From positions 1 to 48,320 of IMG/VR virus record IMGVR_UViG_3300004481_000332: DNA of 48,320 nucleotides, one strand, 5' to 3'. The DNA is from a virus. Under the pieces are notes generated by a model that had not been told where the DNA came from, did not search any database, and was given only the letters and a program-made list of their open reading frames with translations. Each line of letters begins with the position of its first letter. The first letter of the stretch is position 1. Shown here piece by piece: positions 31,871-41,827 of the stretch. A program made the translations under genes and the position numbers.

Positions 31871-33343
31871 TTAATCATTAATTATATAATGTCCCATTAT
31901 CATAACAGACCTGATCTTAACCGGATTTGTAGTTGAACCATTTGCCCAACTAAAATCAAGTCGGAAGTCTTCAACCTGTGGACCTCTATTTAAAATCTTG
32001 TGTCTTGTTGGCAATGTAGAAACATAAGCAATCTGTGTTAATGATTGAGTTGACTTTCCTTGATCATATGTTAATGTTGCGTCTACTTTTGCACCAGTTG
32101 CCATTTGTTCAGTCTCAATCATTATTGTATCTATCTGACTTTTGAAATTCGGTCCTGACATTTTAAATGCCATTGTATTATATCTTGCTCCTGTACTTAT
32201 TCCTGTTGCAACCCCAAGTTGATAATTTGTTGTTGCTGAAGATCCAATGATTGGTGTTCCAAATGGACAAGCAAATCCACCCGGTGTTGTTGTATATCCT
32301 GCTGTCATATATCGAAAGAATTGAACCGGAAGATCTGCGTCTTTTGATCCCCAGAGATTTAAAACTCCAGAAGAAAGCCAAGCAACAAAGCCATCATATT
32401 CACCGACTTGTGCTTGATTGGGTAATGAACCAGAATATCTTCGAATCAGATCGAGTCTTGATCCATTAATATAGCCAAAGTTGTATGCTCCGGTCGTTGT
32501 TGAATCTTTCCACCAGCAATATGTCGTTCCGTTCTTTGTGTACAATGCACCAATTTCTCCATTCACTTCAATTGGATCACCTTCCCAACTTGATGCTGTG
32601 CCATTCCAAGTATAAATCCCAGAAAGATTAAAATTTGAACCCGATATATTCGGTCTATTAACACCTATGATGTATCTATTCCAATTCCATGTAATCGTGA
32701 CCACAACAGAATTATTCCAAAAATCCAATGCTTTGTCATTGTCTGTTGTCCCATCTAATGTTGCAATGTATTGACCATTTGTTATCGCCAGAATGTCATC
32801 TCCACCAACCAGCATATAATGCGGCACCCCTGCAACTAATGCAGTTCCCGACAATGCAACCGTCCAATAATCATCATCAAATGTTGTTGCTAAATCGTAT
32901 GAACCAATCTGCCCACCAACTGTTGAATCAAGGTATGAATAAAGCAATAAACTATTGTAGTAAACAACATCTTGTCCAGTTACTGTACCTGTGCCTGTGA
33001 TTGTATGCGGCCAGATTCCTGCATTTAATACTGCTGTTGCACTTATCCTATGCAATAATGCACCTCCTTCAATGGCAAATGACACATTTGTAGATGTTGC
33101 ATGTTTTAATATACTAACCACATTTGCATCTAATGCCCCTGCCTGTGTTCCAGCTATTAATGCTGCAATCCCTGCCCCCTGAGTAAGAACATTCAGATCA
33201 CGAATATCACAGTCTGTCATCGCAGACGCTTGATTTTTGTTTCCGTAATAAGGATAGGAATTATCAAAAAAGGATGGACAGAATCCACCGAAACTGTCAA
33301 TCGTAATAGTCCATTCTTTGAAATTCTCTGATTCTTTTGGCAT
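31871..33343 (-). CDS. Virion structural protein (tail-associated, unassigned)
   Basis: 490-aa ORF in the late operon, Trp/Gly-rich and beta-rich. Confidence 0.5.
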   Translation of the reverse strand: MPKESENFKEWTITIDSFGGFCPSFFDNSYPYYGNKNQASAMTDCDIRDLNVLTQGAGIAALIAGTQAGALDANVVSILKHATSTNVSFAIEGGALLHRISATAVLNAGIWPHTITGTGTVTGQDVVYYNSLLLYSYLDSTVGGQIGSYDLATTFDDDYWTVALSGTALVAGVPHYMLVGGDDILAITNGQYIATLDGTTDNDKALDFWNNSVVVTITWNWNRYIIGVNRPNISGSNFNLSGIYTWNGTASSWEGDPIEVNGEIGALYTKNGTTYCWWKDSTTTGAYNFGYINGSRLDLIRRYSGSLPNQAQVGEYDGFVAWLSSGVLNLWGSKDADLPVQFFRYMTAGYTTTPGGFACPFGTPIIGSSATTNYQLGVATGISTGARYNTMAFKMSGPNFKSQIDTIMIETEQMATGAKVDATLTYDQGKSTQSLTQIAYVSTLPTRHKILNRGPQVEDFRLDFSWANGSTTNPVKIRSVMIMGHYIIND

Positions 33344-33344
33344 T

Positions 33345-34106
33345 TTATTTTAATCTTATATCTAAGCTACCCGATGCGTATGTTCCTGTCTTGACAAAAA
33401 ACCACTTTAAGTTCTCATCATAAACATCAAACATTCTCATCTCGTCTGTGCCTGCGATTTCCAAACAAGTATCTCCTTCTGTCTCTGTCTGTGTTGCGGC
33501 ATCATAAATTCCGAGATATTCATATCTATTGTCTGCTGATTGTGATGCATACCAATTTGGTGCAGTCACCATATTTGAACCAACAAAGCACATTGAAACG
33601 CTTGTCGCTTCTTCTGATGCAACCGTGAATGAGAACTTATCTCTACTCTCAACATCTATTGCATTTGATTCTGCAATTTCCTTTGTGAAAAATTCTCCGC
33701 CTCCCGCAGAAGCTACAGTTAAATCTAAAGCAGTTCCACTCTTGACTGTTGAAATTTCAAATACCGTGCTAATTGATGCAGTTATAACATAGTAATCGGC
33801 ATTCATTGTGAATCCCGGCGCATCCCCACCCCCAAATGCAACACTTGCTGTATAGAAATTTACCACATCTCCAACCACAAGTCCATGTGCGGTATCTGTA
33901 ATGATGGTATCATCTCCCCCATCATAGGAAGCGATTGATGCCATTGTTCCGACACCATCCCAAAGAATTAACTCATCTCCATCATTAGAATCACTTGATG
34001 ACCTCCCACCAAAGATTCCATTATCACTTTTAATTTGAACTCCCAAAACTATCAGTATTCCAATTAATAAGATAATTTCTATCCAGTGTAATTTATTGTT
34101 TTGCAT
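33345..34106 (-). CDS. Membrane-anchored structural-module protein (253 aa)
   Basis: N-terminal TM WIEIILLIGILIVLGV followed by NGIFGG. Shares an AHGLxxGDxV...YYV motif with 41039..41680. Confidence 0.5.
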   Translation of the reverse strand: MQNNKLHWIEIILLIGILIVLGVQIKSDNGIFGGRSSSDSNDGDELILWDGVGTMASIASYDGGDDTIITDTAHGLVVGDVVNFYTASVAFGGGDAPGFTMNADYYVITASISTVFEISTVKSGTALDLTVASAGGGEFFTKEIAESNAIDVESRDKFSFTVASEEATSVSMCFVGSNMVTAPNWYASQSADNRYEYLGIYDAATQTETEGDTCLEIAGTDEMRMFDVYDENLKWFFVKTGTYASGSLDIRLK

Positions 34107-34182
34107 GTTTTTTTAATTAATTATTATTCTCTTAATTATTAGAAAAAGTTATATTTGGTTTAGGTGGTTGGTATTTGTCGGG

Positions 34183-34212
34183 GTGGTTTTCTTTGTGCGA
34201 AAGAAAATCCAC
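34183..34212 (-). promoter_or_regulatory. 12-bp stem-loop after the 34224..35654 gene
   Basis: Minus sense: GTGGaTTTTCTTT-cgcac-AAAGAAAACCAC. No U-run. Confidence 0.35.
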
Positions 34213-34223
34213 GAAAAAGAAAC

Positions 34224-35654
34224 TTAGAAATCGTTTTGTATGATTAGGGTGTTATTTATAGGAGATTCTACCGCCCCTCCCCCCGAAGGTGTATAGTCGG
34301 CATGGATGGAGTGTTTATCTGTTGTATAATAATTGTCAAGCGTCGCAGGCCAGCTCGGGAAATCTGAGCCTCGATAAGTTCCATTTCCTTGATTGGCTGC
34401 GCCAGCATCATATTTAATATAGGTTGTTGTCTGGGCTTGAGCACATAAAATATAATTAGTATTGCTTATCTCATTGCTCATTGCAAAGTCAGTAAACGTT
34501 GGAGCTGCAACAGTTACAGATGTACCAGAATTGGCAACCTTACTCCTGTTGCTGGCAAGATAAATTCCAACTTGTGCATTTTTTGAAGCATCGTTAAAAG
34601 AGCAAGAAATTTTGCTCAGAGTTCCTGCCCCTCCAGAGGCGAATACAGAACCCCACGTATAATTGGCAGTATTTTGATAACTACCTCCAGACGTCTCATA
34701 CCCAAACGTATCATTGCTCTTAATCGGATAAACTGCATTATCTAAAAAGTCCTGCGGTATTTCTGCCGAGTAAATACCTTCTGTTTTTTCAGGATTAATC
34801 CAGGTAATGTTTAACTTACCCCAGCCTTCTAAGCCGTTTGCGTCAATTATGTGGGGTCTGTAAATATGAAATGCTTTACCAACTTTGTAATCCTTGCCGT
34901 AAGCATCATTCATTCCTCCTTTGGTGGAGTGATAAACAGCATAAGAGCCGACTACATTTTCGGGGCGCTCTGCTAAAACATTTCCCTCTAAATCCTTGAC
35001 TTGGGTTTCGGAAACTACGATTTCTTTTTTGAACTTGTCTGAATATCCGTTCTGAAATTCTTCGGTCATTGGTGGCTGATAAAAGAAATCCAATCCCGAA
35101 GTTTCTATCTGAAATTCCACTTTGTTTGTGGCGGGTTTTGATTTCAAATACCAAATAAATTTATAAGCTCCTTCGGGATTTTCTGTGTTCGGTGCGACAT
35201 CATACATTTCATAGCTTATTTTTGGGGTTTCAAATAAAATCTTGTCATTTTCAAATTTTAAGGTTCTGTCTTTTGTGGCTACTTTTGAAATATCAGGAAT
35301 AATTTTAAACGAAACTTCATTCCAGCGTTTTAATTCTATTGAGGGGGTAAAGTTCGTATCGGTTGCTCCCATTAAACTCTGGCCTGGTTTATTTCCTATG
35401 GTTATTTCTATTTCATCTTTCGGTTCTCCCTTGTATTTATCCAGTTCTGCATTCTTGATTTCCTTTTTTATTAAAACATTGTCCGCTAAAACATATTTAT
35501 CTTTAATTGCTTTTGGTGCATTGTTATATTTTGTTTGTAATTTAGAAATAGCAGTATCGTCAGAAGCACCAAAAAATCCATTAGGTGGTGGGAGAATAAA
35601 TGCCAAAACCCCCACGACCACGATACCTATTCCTATGATTAAGTATTTTTTCAT
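34224..35654 (-). CDS. Membrane-anchored structural-module protein (476 aa from ATG 35654)
   Basis: ATG 35654 forms an ATGA overlap with the 1411-aa gene stop (the track start 35675 is also possible). TM YLIIGIGIVVVGVLAFIL followed by NGFFGA. Confidence 0.55.
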   Translation of the reverse strand: MKKYLIIGIGIVVVGVLAFILPPPNGFFGASDDTAISKLQTKYNNAPKAIKDKYVLADNVLIKKEIKNAELDKYKGEPKDEIEITIGNKPGQSLMGATDTNFTPSIELKRWNEVSFKIIPDISKVATKDRTLKFENDKILFETPKISYEMYDVAPNTENPEGAYKFIWYLKSKPATNKVEFQIETSGLDFFYQPPMTEEFQNGYSDKFKKEIVVSETQVKDLEGNVLAERPENVVGSYAVYHSTKGGMNDAYGKDYKVGKAFHIYRPHIIDANGLEGWGKLNITWINPEKTEGIYSAEIPQDFLDNAVYPIKSNDTFGYETSGGSYQNTANYTWGSVFASGGAGTLSKISCSFNDASKNAQVGIYLASNRSKVANSGTSVTVAAPTFTDFAMSNEISNTNYILCAQAQTTTYIKYDAGAANQGNGTYRGSDFPSWPATLDNYYTTDKHSIHADYTPSGGGAVESPINNTLIIQNDF

Positions 35655-38600
35655 TTTGCCGTTGGCGTTCCCCATAGATTAAGTATTACTTGGTCTGTAT
35701 TTTCGCAAGAATCATTGGTTGATTGAATCTTAAATCTGTAATACTCGGCTTTCGTTCCCACCGTGTCGTTTCTGGCGAAAGAAGTGGCATTCATATCACA
35801 GCTTACGCTTGCGGTATTTATGTGCTCCCCGCAAACGCCAGCATTGGAACATTCATAAACATCAATGATATAAATTTCTCCTGCCACATTTCCTGACCTA
35901 CAAGAAGATGAAGTAATTGTAAAATCAAATGGCAACGAAGGTCCGTCTACCAATAAAGTAGCCGATCCCGAAGCAACGCCAAATGCAATGCTTTTAGTGG
36001 CGACTATTACTTCTTTTCCAAATGTTCCGTAATAGATTAATTGGTCTTCGGTTGTGTCTATGGCTATCTCACCAATGGCATCAACGGTTGGTGCGGCGGC
36101 ATTAGGAAGTTCAAACGAACCCAATGCCCCTAAGTCCCAAGCACCTGCGTAAGCAGTCCAGTTATTTGAAGTAGAAACAATGCCATCAAATTCTACTGTT
36201 CCTGTTGTAAATTGCGCTGACCCACTTGCCAATAATGCCCCATTCATAGTAATTCCACCGATGCCGGTCATATCGCCTGTTACGCTTATATCCCAATCAG
36301 AAGAGTTCATTGCGGTTGTATCTCCACCATCTCCGATAGTTAATGCTCCACCTGGATTGATAGCAAAGACTCCTGTCGTAGTAAATGAAGTAGTAAATAC
36401 GGGCGAAGTTCCAAACACTATCACTCCCGAACCAGTTTCGTCTCCTATGATAGTTATAAGTTCAGATGAAAGGTCTATGCTTAAAGATGAAAGTTTGCCA
36501 TTAAAATCTTCCCACGTAGTCCCCAGTATGTATCCACCTCCACCCGCTGAAGCATAATCTATATCGAATGCAGTTCCAGTTAAGAATAACGGGTCGGTGG
36601 CGGTGTATGTAGTGTTCAGGTCTGCATAGTCATACCAACTTGCGGATGTTCCGTTTGACATTAAGAATGACTGTGATGCTCCGATGGTTAATTCTTTCCA
36701 GCCGTCTGTCTCTGCTGTAATTAAACTGCCTATGGAAGCTGAAGCCAAAAGAGTATCGGTGTGAATTTCTGAATTTAAAAGTCCGTGAGTGTCTGCCGCA
36801 CCAGCACCAGTCGTATCGGTTCCACACGAGAACACGCCAGTATCAGAATATAATAATTTAGATGTCGTAGCATTATCACAATCTACTAATCCAGCGCCGA
36901 GTATGGTTGAAGCGCTCAATGAAGTAATCTGCCCCGATGGCGTGCTAAAATCTCCTGAGGCAGAAACGTGTGTTCCCGTAAGTCCAGTAACCGAAAACGG
37001 ATCATCTACATCAAAATCAGTCCCCGTAAGAGTAAGGTTGTCTCCGGCAGTATAAGTTGTATCATCATCTGTTTCACATGCCAAATCATTACCGTTTAAA
37101 TAAAAATGGCTACCAGCAGCACATGCTGTATTAAAGTCTATTGCGCTTTCTTGGATAACATCAGTCCCCAAAGTAAATGCTCCCGATATACTCGCGGTCC
37201 CGTCTACTTCTATGTTTCCGTTTATATGAATACTTGAACTCGCAGCCGTCCAATCGATGTGTTCATTTGCTACAAAGTTCGCAAGCGCATCGTGGTCGCA
37301 AGTTATCGCGCCTAAGTTAGATATGGTGCAGTCATTACTCATCGCAACGCCCACGGGGTCATTTGAACCATTGCCTACATAAATGTAAGTATCAGTTAAA
37401 ACCATATCTGTAAGTCCGTCCCATTTTCCATTAAAGGTATCCCAATCGGCTTTACTTAAATAACCGTCCCCGCCAGTTGAAGCCAATTCAATATCAAATG
37501 CAGTTCCGTTTAGCCACAGGGGTTCTGTGGCGGTGTAAGTAGTATTAGCATCGGTCCCACAAGTCCATAAGCCATCAGCATCAATGTCTATGGTATCACA
37601 AGGTATTCCCGACAATGCTGGTGTATAAAAATTCCCACCGGCAGTATCTATATAAAAAGTTGAATCTGCTATTGCCGAAGTCCCATCGTTAACACTGAAA
37701 TCCCCACGCACACTAAGAAATCCTGCGTTTCCGACACCCGCTCCGATAGTCAGTTCCTCTGAAATTGATGCGTTCCAGGCAATTAAGGTCCCAATATCGT
37801 CCCAAACAGCATCATCGGTATCGCTCATTAAGAAACTGCCAGAAGCTCCTATGGTAAGTTCAGACCATTTAGGCGTGGCGTTGCCTACGATTAAACTACC
37901 TTGAGAAACAGAGGCAAGCAAAACGTCTGTATGCCAATCTGTATTCAATAATCCATGAACTTCACCTCCAACTCCTCCCGCCTGATCTATTCCACAAGAG
38001 AAAACTCCTGTGTCACTCCATAAGAGTTTTGATGTTGCAGCAGTATCACAATCTGCCAATCCTGCTCCAGCAAAAGTTCCTGCACTTAAAGACGTTGTTT
38101 CTGCATCTGCAACATTTAAGTCATCTGAGATCGAGGCGTGTGTTGTTAAAAACGTGACTATCGTAAATGGGTCATCTACATCAAAGTCAGTACCGGTTAA
38201 TGTCAGGTTATCTCCTGCTGTGTAGGTAGTATTATCATCTGTTTCGCAAGCTAAATCATTGCCGTTTAAATAATAGTGGCTTCCTGCCGCACAAGCTGTG
38301 TCAAAATCAATATCCGCTTCCGCTACGCTGTCATTTGGAAAGTTTAAAGTTGTCGCCGAAAGGGAGGCAAATTGTCCTTTATTTGATTCGAGGTCGTCTG
38401 AGATAGAAGCGTGAGTAGCAGTAAAAGTCACGACTGTGAATGGGTCATCCACGTCAAAGTCTGTTCCCGTTAGGGTAAGATTATCCCCGCCTGTATAAGT
38501 TGTGTTGTCGTCATCTCCACAACCAAAGACTCCTGTATCACTCCAAGCTAAGGTTTGATTATCCGCATCGCAGTCAGCCAAAGAGAATCCCCATAAGGTC

Positions 38601-39886
38601 GTTCCAGAAACAGAAGCTATATTTGCTTGTAATGCCTGAAAGTCAGCAGATAAAGAAATCCAAGTACCAGTATCTCCATTATTTAATAAAAAGTCATCAT
38701 CTACGTCAAAATCGGTTCCCGTAAGGGTTAGGTGGTCGCCACCCGTATATGTAGTATTCGCGTCTGCCTCGCAGGCAAGGTCATTGCCGTTTAAATAGTA
38801 ATGATTCCCAGCCGCACAAGCCGTATTAAAATCTATGTCTTCTTCAGTTACCGAATCATTAGGGAAATTAAGTGTGGACGCAGACAATGAAGTTATTTGT
38901 CCGCTTGGAGTTGTAAAATCCTCCGATGCTGAGACGTGTGTTCCGTTTAATCCCACAACCGTAAAAGGATCGTCGACATCGAAATCTGTCCCGGTAAGCG
39001 TTAAATTGTCTCCTCCCGTGTAGGTAGTATTCTGGTCAACGTAGTCAGCCCAGAAAGCTGTCGTGCCATCACTCATTAAAAAGGATTGTGAGGCACCTAT
39101 GGTAAGTTCTGACCACTTCGGAGTTGCATTTCCGAGTATCAGAGAACCGGCAGAAACAGAAGCCAACAATGTGTCTCCGTGCCAGTCTGAATCCATTAAA
39201 CTGTGCAAAATAGCAGCACCCGTTCCTGATGAATCTGTACCGCAACTCAAAGTTCCCGAAGCATCAGCATCTATAGTGTCGCAATTTGCCAAAGAACCAA
39301 TTGTCAAATCATCGGAGATAGAAGCTCGGCTAACCGACAAAGTTCCGATGTCGTTCCATAAAGGATTCGTTCCGTCGGATAAAAGAAAACTTCCCGAAGC
39401 GCCAACTGCCAAAGGAGTCCAGGTCGTGCCTGACCCGTAAATCAATGCGCCCGCCGAAGCAGAAGCATTTGATACATCGTTGTGTCCCCAGTCACTTAAA
39501 AGACCGTGAGCGTCAGGTGTTCCTGCTCCCGTGACATCTGCTCCCCAAGCAGGAATACCACTTGTCATTTTAATAACCTGACCTTCTGAACCAGAGGCAA
39601 GCAATCTTGAAAGTGTTCCCGGGCCAGAAGCATAAAGCATCTCTCCAGCTGAGTAAGAAGCTATTCCCGTACCCCCTTGATACGGGAAGAGGACCGTTCC
39701 ACCAAATACATCTTGTGGCTCAGTCCCCTGCCAATTCAAATTAACGCTTTCTAAGTCATTAAAATTCAAGACACGGACAGGATAACCTGTATCTTGTGCT
39801 GCGTAATACCTACCAGCAAAAACACCGGCTCCCAGTATAAGCAAGCAAGCGACAATTATTAAAATATGTTTTTGTTTATTTGTCAT
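35651..39886 (-). CDS. Giant Cys-rich modular repeat protein (tail-fibre-repeat-like) with an N-terminal membrane anchor or signal
   Basis: 1411 aa. N-terminus HILIIVACLLILGAGVFAG. 5 copies of TTYT(G/A)GD(N/H)LTLTGTDFDVDD plus 2 diverged copies. 3 copies of FNTACAAGxHxYLNGNDLACE. 5 copies of CD...(S/T/G)CG(T/I/D)D. 4 copies of HxLxxxxxHxDxLLASxSxGSLI...W(S/K)ELTIGAS(Q/G)SFLMS. Confidence 0.6.
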   Translation of the reverse strand: MTNKQKHILIIVACLLILGAGVFAGRYYAAQDTGYPVRVLNFNDLESVNLNWQGTEPQDVFGGTVLFPYQGGTGIASYSAGEMLYASGPGTLSRLLASGSEGQVIKMTSGIPAWGADVTGAGTPDAHGLLSDWGHNDVSNASASAGALIYGSGTTWTPLAVGASGSFLLSDGTNPLWNDIGTLSVSRASISDDLTIGSLANCDTIDADASGTLSCGTDSSGTGAAILHSLMDSDWHGDTLLASVSAGSLILGNATPKWSELTIGASQSFLMSDGTTAFWADYVDQNTTYTGGDNLTLTGTDFDVDDPFTVVGLNGTHVSASEDFTTPSGQITSLSASTLNFPNDSVTEEDIDFNTACAAGNHYYLNGNDLACEADANTTYTGGDHLTLTGTDFDVDDDFLLNNGDTGTWISLSADFQALQANIASVSGTTLWGFSLADCDADNQTLAWSDTGVFGCGDDDNTTYTGGDNLTLTGTDFDVDDPFTVVTFTATHASISDDLESNKGQFASLSATTLNFPNDSVAEADIDFDTACAAGSHYYLNGNDLACETDDNTTYTAGDNLTLTGTDFDVDDPFTIVTFLTTHASISDDLNVADAETTSLSAGTFAGAGLADCDTAATSKLLWSDTGVFSCGIDQAGGVGGEVHGLLNTDWHTDVLLASVSQGSLIVGNATPKWSELTIGASGSFLMSDTDDAVWDDIGTLIAWNASISEELTIGAGVGNAGFLSVRGDFSVNDGTSAIADSTFYIDTAGGNFYTPALSGIPCDTIDIDADGLWTCGTDANTTYTATEPLWLNGTAFDIELASTGGDGYLSKADWDTFNGKWDGLTDMVLTDTYIYVGNGSNDPVGVAMSNDCTISNLGAITCDHDALANFVANEHIDWTAASSSIHINGNIEVDGTASISGAFTLGTDVIQESAIDFNTACAAGSHFYLNGNDLACETDDDTTYTAGDNLTLTGTDFDVDDPFSVTGLTGTHVSASGDFSTPSGQITSLSASTILGAGLVDCDNATTSKLLYSDTGVFSCGTDTTGAGAADTHGLLNSEIHTDTLLASASIGSLITAETDGWKELTIGASQSFLMSNGTSASWYDYADLNTTYTATDPLFLTGTAFDIDYASAGGGGYILGTTWEDFNGKLSSLSIDLSSELITIIGDETGSGVIVFGTSPVFTTSFTTTGVFAINPGGALTIGDGGDTTAMNSSDWDISVTGDMTGIGGITMNGALLASGSAQFTTGTVEFDGIVSTSNNWTAYAGAWDLGALGSFELPNAAAPTVDAIGEIAIDTTEDQLIYYGTFGKEVIVATKSIAFGVASGSATLLVDGPSLPFDFTITSSSCRSGNVAGEIYIIDVYECSNAGVCGEHINTASVSCDMNATSFARNDTVGTKAEYYRFKIQSTNDSCENTDQVILNLWGTPTAK

Positions 39887-40155
39887 GGCTCTGTTCTATA
39901 GTCAACTTTTAAAATTGAACCAGTCGGAGGAGCTATTAATAGCGTTAAAGTATCTCCGGATAAAGTATAATCAGTATCTACGCTTAACTCTGCGCCATTT
40001 AATGTTACTTCAAGACTACCCGCCGGTTTGGGCGAGCCTGCCAAGGTAAAAGTTGTATTGCTGTCGTTGATTGACCCAATAGGGATTTCATTTGTGTAAA
40101 ACAAGGTTCCATCCTCCATTAGTTGGACAATGTTCGACGTTCCTGTTCTTCCCAT
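39883..40155 (-). CDS. Hypothetical structural-module protein (90 aa)
   Basis: ORF with an ATGA overlap with the 1411-aa gene. Confidence 0.5.
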   Translation of the reverse strand: MGRTGTSNIVQLMEDGTLFYTNEIPIGSINDSNTTFTLAGSPKPAGSLEVTLNGAELSVDTDYTLSGDTLTLLIAPPTGSILKVDYRTEP

Positions 40156-40156
40156 G

Positions 40157-41026
40157 TTAGATGACCTTAATAGGCATTTTTAATTTATCAAAATGCTTTT
40201 GCAAGGTCTTAGCCAATGTATTTATTCTGGTCTCTTTTTCGTTGAACGCCGACTCTTTTTGTACCAACGCATCTTCACGGGCCTTAAGTTCCGCTTCTTT
40301 TTTATTTAATGGAATAAGTCGTTTCTGCATTTGCTCATCAATCCCCTTCAGTTCGGCCCTATTTTTTACAATGTCACCGTTAATGGAATCAATGTTAGCC
40401 TTAACCACCTCTTCTTTCTTCTTCCAATTATCAATCCTTGTGCCGTATTCATCTTCCTCGGCTTTCTTTTTTTGCTCAATAAGACTACCGAGATCGAGTA
40501 ATTGTTTCTTCTTTGAAAGAATGTCTTTATCTAATTCGGCTAAGGCGTTTTTATTGTTTGCGGCATCTCTTTTGGCGTTTTCGGTATCAACAATAACGGA
40601 CTCTTTCTCCTTTTTCAGGTTAATGATTTCTGCTTTAAGCCTATCTACCTCTTTAGCGATTTCGTCTCTATCTGCTCTAAACTTTTCAGTCATACTCTGA
40701 GATTCTACCATTTCATCTCGTACGTTTTTCGCGCCGGCTATCTCTAAATTAACCTTTTCAAGGCCCTTTCTGCCCTCAGAAATCTTTTCCTTGACAGCAA
40801 CAAGTTTATCATTTTCTTCAATAACGCTTGCCCTTATTCTGTCAAGTTGCTTATCAAGGTCAATTAATTCCCGTTTCTTGTTGTTTAAGGCCACTCCCTT
40901 GTTTTTGATTTCACTGTCTAGCGACTCAATCTCAAGCTTCTCGCTGTTTATTGCACCAGCGAGTTTTTTCTTTTCTTCTTTGACAGCAACATTTGTCGGT
41001 TGTCCTCCAAGTTTCTTGCGTCTCAT
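40157..41026 (-). CDS. Long coiled-coil protein (289 aa)
   Basis: Continuous Lys/Glu-rich heptad-like sequence. Confidence 0.5.
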   Translation of the reverse strand: MRRKKLGGQPTNVAVKEEKKKLAGAINSEKLEIESLDSEIKNKGVALNNKKRELIDLDKQLDRIRASVIEENDKLVAVKEKISEGRKGLEKVNLEIAGAKNVRDEMVESQSMTEKFRADRDEIAKEVDRLKAEIINLKKEKESVIVDTENAKRDAANNKNALAELDKDILSKKKQLLDLGSLIEQKKKAEEDEYGTRIDNWKKKEEVVKANIDSINGDIVKNRAELKGIDEQMQKRLIPLNKKEAELKAREDALVQKESAFNEKETRINTLAKTLQKHFDKLKMPIKVI

Positions 41027-41038
41027 GTTTTTATTTTA

Positions 41039-41680
41039 TTAATCATTATACAACCTTAAACGAACCGTAATGTCTCCGTCTGTCCAGGAAGTAATAATCG
41101 TTCCAAGCCAACGAATTGCATTGATATTGACTTCAAATTGTCTAACATCAGCACCATTAAGGCTAATTCCGGTGTCTCCGTCTATTGAAGAACCGTCCTG
41201 TAGGTCGATAATCTCAATATAATCCCAGGCGTTTGACTGAGATTGCGCTGCCGAGAAGTCCGGGCAATCATCTGTTGATGTTGCCGAATCTCCAAGCGAA
41301 CCCTGAACTTTCAAGGTCATCGTGGCGTCTGTTCCGACTTCTACGCTTAAAATAGCGTGCTGGAAGTCCTCACAGAGAATACTCTTGCTGATGTCGTGCT
41401 CTGTCCAGGTGTGTGTACCTGTTCCTGTGTCTGTAACATCAATCACGTCTCCCTCTGCGGTAAGAGCAAGTTTAAACGTATTTGTTGCTTTGTCTCTTAC
41501 GTAATAGACAGTCGCAAGCGCAAGTCCTGCCGGAAGTGTCGTTGACGATGTCAGTACAATCCTATCCCCGTTTTCAAGACCGTGTGCGTTTGAGGTACAG
41601 ATATTTGTTGTAGCAGCAGTAAATGTCGCAGTCGACAATCCCTGTTTGCTCATTATAACGTAGTCTACAAATTCTCTCAT
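41039..41680 (-). CDS. Hypothetical structural-module protein (213 aa)
   Basis: AHGLENGDRIVL...YYVRD motif shared with 33345..34106. Confidence 0.5.
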   Translation of the reverse strand: MREFVDYVIMSKQGLSTATFTAATTNICTSNAHGLENGDRIVLTSSTTLPAGLALATVYYVRDKATNTFKLALTAEGDVIDVTDTGTGTHTWTEHDISKSILCEDFQHAILSVEVGTDATMTLKVQGSLGDSATSTDDCPDFSAAQSQSNAWDYIEIIDLQDGSSIDGDTGISLNGADVRQFEVNINAIRWLGTIITSWTDGDITVRLRLYND

Positions 41681-41700
41681 GTCTTTAGTTTAATTAATGA

Positions 41701-41823
41701 TTAACAATTCTCTGGCATTATTGGAACTTCAAATGCCTTCTTCTCTGGTTCTGTCTTTTTGACAGCTTTTGGCTTGGCAACCTTGCCAAGTTTCTTTTCT
41801 TTTATTTCTTTTTCTTTTTTCAT
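41701..41823 (-). CDS. Hypothetical Lys-rich peptide (40 aa)
   Basis: Hand translation: MKKEKEIKEKKLGKVAKPKAVKKTEPEKKAFEVPIMPENC. Confidence 0.3.
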   Translation of the reverse strand: MKKEKEIKEKKLGKVAKPKAVKKTEPEKKAFEVPIMPENC

Positions 41824-41827
41824 GTTT

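Noticed and set aside
35651-39886. Diversity-generating retroelement targeting the repeat protein
   Set aside because: No reverse transcriptase ORF exists anywhere in the genome. No template/variable repeat pair with adenine-specific differences was seen.
35242-41042. Plus-strand ORFs opposite the late genes (35242..35682, 36180..36557, 36789..37055, 38010..38225, 38835..39023, 39063..39440, 40161..40700, 40791..41042)
   Set aside because: They are antisense shadows of the repeat-rich 1411-aa and coiled-coil genes. They have low-complexity translations and no promoter or start context.
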